A stretch of 64,000 nt of DNA, taken from contig OZ254086.1 in NCBI GenBank assembly GCA_965267575.1, positions 3,680,001-3,744,000 on the forward strand, written 5' to 3'. Below, piece by piece: positions 57,379-64,000 of this stretch (position 1 is its first letter; each line of letters starts with the position of its first letter). Origin of the DNA: Calditrichales bacterium. GTDB taxonomy: Bacteria > Calditrichota > Calditrichia > Calditrichales > J004. The notes under the pieces are model-generated. The model ran no database searches, was not told the DNA's origin, and saw only the letters and a list, made by a program, of their open reading frames with translations. The position numbers and the translations under genes are program-made.

Positions 57379-57804
57379 ATGAAACGCACTTTGATAATCT
57401 CAGCCTTATATTTTTTATTTTTTCCGCTTATATTGTCCGCTCAGGATGGTCAGGAAATAAGCGAACAGCAAAACCGTGTTTATTATTATCTTGACTGCGG
57501 CAGCTTTTGTAAGCCGGACAGCGCCATGGAATACGGTAAATACTGGTTTATTAGTGACACGGTTTACGCCGCCATGCCCGATAGCATGGAAAACGAAGTA
57601 GATAAATTTAAAGAAGAGCTTAAAATATTCTCCAACCACACAACGATCGGTAAAAACGTGGTACTGCGTTATGAACAATCTGCGCAAGCTGCCATTGACG
57701 CGCGCAAAGAAAAGATTGAAAAAATGCGTGGCAGGCATTACGAGATCATTGAGATTAAATACCGGCCGTTTTCAATTGGAAAGAATACGCTAACCCAGGA
57801 ATGA
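57379..57804 (+). CDS. Hypothetical secreted protein
   Basis: SD GGAGG; signal peptide 'MKRTLIISALYFLFFPLILSA'; overlaps the uvrC start. Confidence 0.7.
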   Translation: MKRTLIISALYFLFFPLILSAQDGQEISEQQNRVYYYLDCGSFCKPDSAMEYGKYWFISDTVYAAMPDSMENEVDKFKEELKIFSNHTTIGKNVVLRYEQSAQAAIDARKEKIEKMRGRHYEIIEIKYRPFSIGKNTLTQE

Positions 57805-59627
57805 CATTACAAGAAAAGCTGGATAATCTGCCTGCCAAACCCGGTTGCTACTTGTTTAAGGACGCGTCCGGAGAAACGCTCTACGTTGGCAAGGCAGCTA
57901 TTCTTCGTACACGTGTACGATCTTATTTTCAAAAATCACGACCACTCGAACCACGCCTGAACGCCCTTGTTAAGCGCATTCGCGATGTGGAAATATTTGT
58001 GACGGATAACGAGATTGAAGCGCTTATCCTTGAAAACAATCTCATAAAAGACCGCAAGCCGCGCTTTAACGTTAACCTGAAAGACGACAAGAGTTACCCT
58101 TATATCCGCATTACCAACGAGGATTTCCCCCAGGTTTTTGTAACGCGCAAAATTATCCGCGACGGCTCTGAATATTATGGCCCTTATACAGACGTCAAAA
58201 ACCTGCGTTTTACGCTAAAAACACTGCAGCGCCTTTTCCATATCCGCTCCTGCCGCTATGATTTGAATGCCGAAGTCGTCGCGAAAAAGAGTGTAGCGCT
58301 TTGCCTGGACTATTATATCAATAAATGCAAGGGGCCCTGTCAGGGATTGTTCTCAAAAGCGCAATATGCTTTGGTCATAGATAAAGTGCGCCGTTTCCTT
58401 AAGGGCAAAACGGACGGAATCGTGAGCGATCTGAAGGTGGAAATGGCGCAACAATCGCAGCAACTGGAATTTGAGGAGGCCGCGCGGACGCGCGATAAGC
58501 TGCAGGCACTGGAAGCGTACCGTAATAACCAAAAAATGGTGCAAAGCGATGAACGTGACCGTGATGTTATTGCGCTGAAGAAAGAAGACGATGACGCCTG
58601 TGTGGTGCTGGTAAAAATCCGTGATGGCAAAATTCTTGGACGCATACACCGTTATATAAAAAAGGCTGAGTGGCACAGTGAAGAGCAGTTGCTGGAATCA
58701 TTTCTGAGCGACTATTATCTGGAGGCAGGCGATATACCGCAGGACATTTTGTTGCAGCGGGATGTGGAAGAGAGTGCGACAGTGGCGCAGCTTTTGACGG
58801 AGCGTTCCGGGCATAAGGTTAATATACATGTGCCGCAGATCGGCGATAAGAAAAAACTGGTTGACCTGACCCAAAAAAATGCCGGCTACCTGTTGGAAGA
58901 GCTGAAGATCCAGCGCCTGAAAGCTAAGGATTATGTACCGCACTCCCTGCAGGCTCTGCAGCGCGATCTGCGTCTGCCGACCGTTCCCCGCCATATAGAG
59001 TGCTTTGATATCTCTAATATCCAGGGCAGCGATCCCGTGGCATCCATGGTCTGTTTTATCGATGGAAAGCCCCGGAAGTCGGAATACAGGCGCTTTAACA
59101 TTCGCAGCAAAAACACGCCCGATGATTTTGCCATGATGCGCGAAGCGATTGAGAGGCGCTATTCGCGTGTTGTCAAAGAGCAGAAAGATATGCCAGACCT
59201 TATTGTTATTGACGGCGGTAAAGGTCAGCTCTCTAGTGCCAGCGCCGTGTTGACCAGGCTTGGGCTGGGCGATCAACCGGTAATCGGCTTGGCCAAAAAG
59301 CTTGAAGAGATCTTTTTTCCCGGTGTAAGCGACGCGCAAATGTTGCCTAAAACATCGTCATCTCTCAGGCTGATACAACAGGTACGCGACGAGGCCCACC
59401 GCTTTGCCGTAAAAGGCCATCGCCAGCGCCGCTCTGGACGCACACTGGTATCTCAACTGGACAGCATTGAGGGGATCGGTTTGCAGAGGCGCAACAAGCT
59501 TTTGAAAGAGTTTGGTTCCATAAAGGCCATACGCGAGCTTTCCATCAAAGAACTGGTTGAACGCGGCCGCCTGCCAGAACGCGTCGCCCAGAACGTATTC
59601 GAGCATTTCCATGCCCAGGACGCCTGA
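57801..59627 (+). CDS. uvrC: Excinuclease ABC subunit C
   Basis: GIY-YIG 'PGCYLFKD..LYVGKA', UVR domain, 'IECFDISN', 'IDGGKGQL', 'RDEAHRFA', HhH. Confidence 0.97.
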   Translation: MTLQEKLDNLPAKPGCYLFKDASGETLYVGKAAILRTRVRSYFQKSRPLEPRLNALVKRIRDVEIFVTDNEIEALILENNLIKDRKPRFNVNLKDDKSYPYIRITNEDFPQVFVTRKIIRDGSEYYGPYTDVKNLRFTLKTLQRLFHIRSCRYDLNAEVVAKKSVALCLDYYINKCKGPCQGLFSKAQYALVIDKVRRFLKGKTDGIVSDLKVEMAQQSQQLEFEEAARTRDKLQALEAYRNNQKMVQSDERDRDVIALKKEDDDACVVLVKIRDGKILGRIHRYIKKAEWHSEEQLLESFLSDYYLEAGDIPQDILLQRDVEESATVAQLLTERSGHKVNIHVPQIGDKKKLVDLTQKNAGYLLEELKIQRLKAKDYVPHSLQALQRDLRLPTVPRHIECFDISNIQGSDPVASMVCFIDGKPRKSEYRRFNIRSKNTPDDFAMMREAIERRYSRVVKEQKDMPDLIVIDGGKGQLSSASAVLTRLGLGDQPVIGLAKKLEEIFFPGVSDAQMLPKTSSSLRLIQQVRDEAHRFAVKGHRQRRSGRTLVSQLDSIEGIGLQRRNKLLKEFGSIKAIRELSIKELVERGRLPERVAQNVFEHFHAQDA

Positions 59628-60147
59628 TACACCCCCGGTAATTAGCGCATTGGGACAATTGCAGCAAGTGCTGGTTTTTTGCGAAGAACTACTTATTAGT
59701 CACCAGATCTCCCTGATGCATAAACAGCCGGAAAAGGCTTTGCTGTATTTTGAACAGCTCTATGAAACACGGCGATTGCACCTCAATCACCTGGAAAATC
59801 ACTGGATACCGTATTATGAATCTTCGTTCCCAAAACTCCCAAAGGGCGGCAAGCCCATCTACTTCCGTCGTGAACGCAAGCTGATCCTGAAGCACACGGA
59901 AAAATATGTGCGATTGTTTTCTCGCTTCGTGCAAAATCCCGGCGCCATCAAGCTGGATCTTCCGCGATTGTTTGAAGAATACATGTTCCTGAAAGATTTG
60001 CTGGATCATCATGACGCACGTGAAACTAAGATCCTGCTACCATTCCTTGATAAAAACGGCGCAAAGTATGTTTTGGAAAGGTTCATGGAAGAATACAATC
60101 GCGATATGAAGCTTTTGTGGCGCAGATGGGAAGGCATTGATGTATAA
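59611..60147 (+). CDS. Hemerythrin/HHE-like helical protein (start ATG 59611)
   Basis: 'LHLNHLENHWIP' and 'LDHHDARETKILLPFLD' HxxxE-type motifs. Confidence 0.6.
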   Translation: MPRTPDTPPVISALGQLQQVLVFCEELLISHQISLMHKQPEKALLYFEQLYETRRLHLNHLENHWIPYYESSFPKLPKGGKPIYFRRERKLILKHTEKYVRLFSRFVQNPGAIKLDLPRLFEEYMFLKDLLDHHDARETKILLPFLDKNGAKYVLERFMEEYNRDMKLLWRRWEGIDV

Positions 60148-60511
60148 GACTCACGCCGCTGCCCGTAAGTGGGAAATATTACTTAAATCGCTGAAAAACG
60201 GTCAGCGTGAAATGCTTGATCTAAAGCCGGACAGCGCCGGAATAATATTTGACGAAGCTTTTGGTGTAATGACAAAACTTTGTCATGAGGGCATCGAAAG
60301 CCTGGGAATTGCCGAACGCAACACAGCAGATTTTCTTTTGAGCAGCCAGCTTAAACTTATTCAAAAAACGGCACGCCCTCTTTACCAGACAATCGAAAAA
60401 CTGCCCCAATTGTCCGAGCGCGAAATTCTTATACTTTTTGAAAAGCAGGTGCGCCTTACAAAGATTATTCGTAAACATATCGATACGCTGGATAATACTT
60501 TATCGTTGTAG
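60140..60511 (+). CDS. Hypothetical helical protein, probable degenerate paralog of the upstream gene
   Basis: Shares 'KLI.K' and 'LFE....L......H' with the upstream ORF; overlaps its stop. Confidence 0.55.
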   Translation: MYKTHAAARKWEILLKSLKNGQREMLDLKPDSAGIIFDEAFGVMTKLCHEGIESLGIAERNTADFLLSSQLKLIQKTARPLYQTIEKLPQLSEREILILFEKQVRLTKIIRKHIDTLDNTLSL

Positions 60512-60558
60512 CTTTTGGCCGGGAGCAGCCAGGATTACTGCCAAAACAATTCTTCCTG

Positions 60559-60582
60559 AATTCCCCGCGTTCGCGGAATGAC
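60559..60582. repeat. REP-like palindrome between convergent genes
   Basis: AATTCCCCGCGTTCGCGGAATGAC; single copy in the window. Confidence 0.35.
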
Positions 60583-60640
60583 AATTAATGCCTCTTCTTG
60601 ACTTGGCAAAAGAAATGCAACATCGTATTCAACAACTCAA

Positions 60641-61069
60641 TCACTTATCCGAGTTGACGGCTTTTCCTTTTAAAATCTCTTCGATCTCTTCGCGGGAAAA
60701 ATGCTTTCCTTTACCAATGCCCGGACATTCCTGGCATGTCTGCGCCCAGCGCTTTTCTGATTTCATATTTTGTGGCCAGAAGGGGAAAGTACGGCATTGC
60801 AGTGGTCGTACCGGATAAATGCTGCATTTACCGTCTTCCAGAAAAATACATTGCGCGTTATCCTTATCGTTGAGACAGCGCTTTGTACCGTCCTCAACAA
60901 GATGGGTGTAGTTCGCCGTAAATTCTTCCGCGGTAATACCGAGATAACGACTGATGTGAAGAATATTTTTGTCGCTTACAAAAACGTAACCGCCGCCTAT
61001 TTCGCAACAGTTACTGCAGCCTTTTTGGCATTCAAAGCGGACCGGGGTTTGGATATTTATACGGGGCAT
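60641..61069 (-). CDS. YkgJ-family (CxxCxxCC) Zn/Fe-chelating protein
   Basis: 'FECQKGCSNCC', 'CIFL...KCSIYPVRPLQCRTFPFW', 'CPGIG'. Confidence 0.9.
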   Translation of the reverse strand: MPRINIQTPVRFECQKGCSNCCEIGGGYVFVSDKNILHISRYLGITAEEFTANYTHLVEDGTKRCLNDKDNAQCIFLEDGKCSIYPVRPLQCRTFPFWPQNMKSEKRWAQTCQECPGIGKGKHFSREEIEEILKGKAVNSDK

Positions 61070-61072
61070 TGG

Positions 61073-61144
61073 TGTGTTAATGTGTTAATGTGTTAATGTG
61101 TTAATGTGTTAATGTGTTAATGTGTTAATGTGTTAATGTGTTAA
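61073..61144. repeat. Perfect tandem repeat (TGTGTTAA)x9
   Basis: 72 bp, 9 exact copies, counted directly. Confidence 0.97.
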
Positions 61145-61175
61145 AATTTTGACTATCGTTTTAGTTGTCAAAATT
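61145..61175. promoter_or_regulatory. Inverted repeat, putative operator
   Basis: AATTTTGAC-N13-GTCAAAATT in the ykgJ/dinB divergent region. Confidence 0.45.
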
Positions 61176-61276
61176 AATTCAATAATTTACCAATTCACAA
61201 ATTCAATCTTCCATTGCTTGGCGCTATTGCCTGATAATCGTTAATTTAGAATTAATCATAAAAAAATTAAAGAACC

Positions 61277-62476
61277 ATGTCTGAACAACGCCTGATAATG
61301 CACCTTGATATGGATGCTTTCTTTGCCGCCGTTGAACAGAGGGACCGTCCCGAGCTGGCCGGCAAGGCCGTAATAGTAGGGGCTGACCCGCAAGGCGGCA
61401 AGGGACGCGGCGTCGTTTCCACTTGTTCGTACGAAGCACGAAAATTCGGCGTGCATTCGGCCATGCCCATCCAAACGGCCTACAAGCTCTGTCCGCATGG
61501 TATTTACGTCCCGCCCAACGGCAGACTGTATTCCAGGGTAAGTGCGAATATCTTTAAAATTCTTCATGAATTTACCGATTTGGTGGAGCCGCTTTCCATC
61601 GACGAGGCTTTTATGGATGTGACCGGCAGCGTGCGTCTGTTCGGTGGTGCCCGGCAGATCGCTTACAAGATGAAGGAACGCATTCGGCAGGAAGAAAATC
61701 TTACGGCCAGCATTGGAATCGCGCCCAATAAATATCTGGCCAAGATAGCCTCCGATCTGGAAAAACCCGACGGCCTGGTGGAGGTTCAGGCAGATAAAAT
61801 TGATCAATTTCTGGCGCCGCTTTCCGTAGAAAGATTGTGGGGCGCTGGCAAACAAACACAAAAACTGCTGCACACAATGGGTATCCACACCATTGGCGAT
61901 TTGATGCGCTTTCCCGAAAACGTGCTGGAGAAAAAAATGGGCAAAATGGGACGCCATTTTTACAACCTGGCCCACGGCATCGACGAACGGGCTGTTCAGA
62001 CGCATGAAACCGTAAAGTCCGTTAGCAACGAACATACGTTCGGCAAGGACCAGTCTGATAACGAATATGTGCGTAAAACCCTGGCGGCGCTGTGCGAGAA
62101 AGTGGCCTATCGTTTGCGCAAACAACGCCTGCGTGGCAAAACCGTCCACCTCAAGCTCAGGTATGATGATTTCAGCACGATTACGCGTAACAAAACATTG
62201 GCTAAATCCACCGACCAAACCGATCAGATACGAAAAACCGTTTTTGAATTGTTTGATTTTAATTATGAACGTGGTCGTCTTATCCGGCTGATCGGGGCGG
62301 GGGTAAGCGGCTTTGGCAAAAGCGACACAGGCCAGATCTCTCTTTTTGATGAACGCGACAAGAAACTTGAAGCGCTGGACAGCCTGGAAGATGCCATCAA
62401 AACACGCTTTGGGACACACTCTATTGGCCGCGCCGACAGCCTCGGCACGGTACGCCATTCCGACTTTGGGGAATAA
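61277..62476 (+). CDS. dinB: DNA polymerase IV
   Basis: 'HLDMDAFFAAVE', 'CSYEARKFGV', 'SIDEAF', 'LAKIASD..KPDG', clamp motif 'QISLF'. Confidence 0.96.
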   Translation: MSEQRLIMHLDMDAFFAAVEQRDRPELAGKAVIVGADPQGGKGRGVVSTCSYEARKFGVHSAMPIQTAYKLCPHGIYVPPNGRLYSRVSANIFKILHEFTDLVEPLSIDEAFMDVTGSVRLFGGARQIAYKMKERIRQEENLTASIGIAPNKYLAKIASDLEKPDGLVEVQADKIDQFLAPLSVERLWGAGKQTQKLLHTMGIHTIGDLMRFPENVLEKKMGKMGRHFYNLAHGIDERAVQTHETVKSVSNEHTFGKDQSDNEYVRKTLAALCEKVAYRLRKQRLRGKTVHLKLRYDDFSTITRNKTLAKSTDQTDQIRKTVFELFDFNYERGRLIRLIGAGVSGFGKSDTGQISLFDERDKKLEALDSLEDAIKTRFGTHSIGRADSLGTVRHSDFGE

Positions 62477-62480
62477 CTGC

Positions 62481-64000
62481 ATGCGCTTTCTGCTCACTTT
62501 TTTTCTTCTTTTTCCGCTGATTGTAAAACCGGCCGGTGACGGCTATTTCCAGCAACATGTATCCTATAGTATTGATGCCGAGCTGGACACGCGCGATAAG
62601 ACGATCTGTGCCGCGCAAAGTCTTGTATACACCAACAACTCACCCGACACGCTGGACCGTATTTACTTTCATCTCTATATGAATCGTTTCCGCGAAGGGG
62701 CGCAGACGGAGACAGGCCGGCCACGGCCAAGCACAAGCGCCTGGATTGAAATTGATTCGCTGAAGCTGGGCAACGAGGCAATTGATGATTATGAAATAAA
62801 TAGCACGCTCATGCGTCTGCCGCTTGATCACCCTCTTTTGCCGGGAGATTCACTGCGGCTTTCGTTCGACTACCGCCTTAAACTGCCTTATGCGGATTCG
62901 CGTTTTGGTCACGCCGGTGACCATTTTGATGTTGGCAACTGGTACATAACGCCTGTCGTTTATGACCGCGACGGCTGGCACCTTAATCAGCACGTGGAGA
63001 ACGAATTCTACCAGGAGTGGGGCGATTTTCGTGTTAACCTCACGGTGCCAAAGGGCTTCATTCTCGGCGCTACTGGAAAGCTACTGAACGAGGCTGAGGC
63101 CATGCAGGACACAGCGCGCTCGGTGCGCCGCATGCATCTCTATGAAGGGATAGACTCCATCCCGACAACCACCTGGCAGTTTGAAGCGCTCAATGTGCAC
63201 GATTTCGCGTGGACTGCCGATCCGGGCTATAAAATAATCGATTACCAGGTTGATTCCACCCGCGTCCGTTTCCTGGTTATGCCGGAGAATTGCCAGTCAT
63301 GGCGCGACAACAGCGATTTCGTTAAAGAATGCCTGCGCTTTTTTAACCGTGAATTTTCGCCCTACCCGTATGATGATCTCACAATTGCCGATACTTACAT
63401 AACCGCCGGCGGCATAGAATATCCGCAGATCGTTTTTATCAACACCTTTGCCGGACCGCGCTACGAGTTATCCTACTGGCGTGCCGTTGTGATCCACGAA
63501 ATAGCGCACCAATGGTTCTATGGTCTGCTGGCGTCCAATCAAAGCGAAGATGAATGGCTGGATGAAGGCTTTACCGCCTGGGCCGAAGTCATTGCCATGG
63601 AGCACATTTTTGGCAAGCATAACAACTACGCGCCGTCTGATTTTAACTGGCTTGTGCGAACGTTCGGCTTTGAGCGCGATGACCGGCAGGATATGATGCT
63701 GAACTACCTGGAATGGACAAAATCCGGCGGCGAGCAGGACCCAATTGATACAAACCCCGATTATTTCCGCAATGGAGTTTATATTTCGCAATACGATAAA
63801 ATGGCGCTTGTTCTGGAGATGCTCCGCGATGTGTTGGGCGACGAAAAGTTCAGCGCAGCAATGCGGGCGTATTGCCGCGAGTGGCAGTTCAGACACCCCA
63901 CAACACAGGACATGAAGCGCAGTTTTTCGAGGGCAACGGGGCAGGATCTGGATTGGTTCTGGGAGCAGTGGCTTCATTCCACCCGCCAACTGGATCTGGC
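62481..64000 (+). CDS. Secreted M1-family aminopeptidase, runs off the window end (absent from the ORF track)
   Basis: Read manually: 'MRFLLTFFLLFPLIVKPAGDGYFQQHVSYSIDAELD', 'GGIEYP', 'HEIAHQWF...WLDEG' (HExxH-x18-E). Confidence 0.9.
   Translation, partial: MRFLLTFFLLFPLIVKPAGDGYFQQHVSYSIDAELDTRDKTICAAQSLVYTNNSPDTLDRIYFHLYMNRFREGAQTETGRPRPSTSAWIEIDSLKLGNEAIDDYEINSTLMRLPLDHPLLPGDSLRLSFDYRLKLPYADSRFGHAGDHFDVGNWYITPVVYDRDGWHLNQHVENEFYQEWGDFRVNLTVPKGFILGATGKLLNEAEAMQDTARSVRRMHLYEGIDSIPTTTWQFEALNVHDFAWTADPGYKIIDYQVDSTRVRFLVMPENCQSWRDNSDFVKECLRFFNREFSPYPYDDLTIADTYITAGGIEYPQIVFINTFAGPRYELSYWRAVVIHEIAHQWFYGLLASNQSEDEWLDEGFTAWAEVIAMEHIFGKHNNYAPSDFNWLVRTFGFERDDRQDMMLNYLEWTKSGGEQDPIDTNPDYFRNGVYISQYDKMALVLEMLRDVLGDEKFSAAMRAYCREWQFRHPTTQDMKRSFSRATGQDLDWFWEQWLHSTRQLDL

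Noticed and set aside
4534..59339. Other long minus-strand ORFs (4534-5247, 4731-5450, 5603-6331, 8804-9466, 20232-21035, 40289-41089, 49530-50312, 58698-59339)
   Set aside because: All lie opposite well-supported + strand genes and lack motifs
61073..61144. Repeat as a CRISPR array
   Set aside because: 8-bp units with no spacers and no cas genes
61256..62497. 413-aa minus-strand ORF
   Set aside because: Antisense shadow of dinB with no recognisable motifs
63468..63989. 173-aa minus-strand ORF
   Set aside because: Antisense to the M1 aminopeptidase, whose HExxH motif is on the + strand

Overview
Bacterial chromosomal window, gene-dense and almost entirely on the + strand. It comes from a diderm flagellated organism (P- and L-ring genes are present). 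The gene mix suggests an FCB-related lineage such as Calditrichota, but that is inference only. 1-19.2 kb: a flagellar cluster (fliOPQR-flhBAFG-orf-fliA-orf, a PAS pseudo-kinase, an M23 peptidase, then a sigma54-promoter flgFGAHIJNKL operon). 19.2-30.5 kb: a directly coupled glycan-modification island (FemAB-like GNAT, two sulfotransferases, two DegT-type aminotransferases, three GT2-TPR glycosyltransferases), probably for flagellin glycosylation. 30.5-33.4 kb: a small HU, an HU-TM-LysM fusion, a cytoplasmic trypsin-like protease, and a stand-alone copy of that protease's N-terminal domain. 33.4-37.3 kb: an HDOD / hybrid kinase / REC-kinase signalling operon. The rest holds nagAB, a fused purL, a nucleoside-phosphorylase-like + SPL-like radical SAM + thioesterase operon, two tRNA-Ser, dinG, hutH, an rpiB with a microcompartment-type N-extension, guaB, mce, uvrC with two hemerythrin-like paralogs, a perfect (TGTGTTAA)x9 repeat between ykgJ and dinB, and a truncated M1 aminopeptidase. 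No mobile element, prophage, rRNA or CRISPR array was seen. Best novelty candidates: the protease + free pro-domain pair, the HU/HU-TM-LysM nucleoid-envelope tether, the PNP-like/SPL-like operon, the flagellar sulfation island and the PAS pseudo-kinase. All calls come from motif reading; no searches were run.
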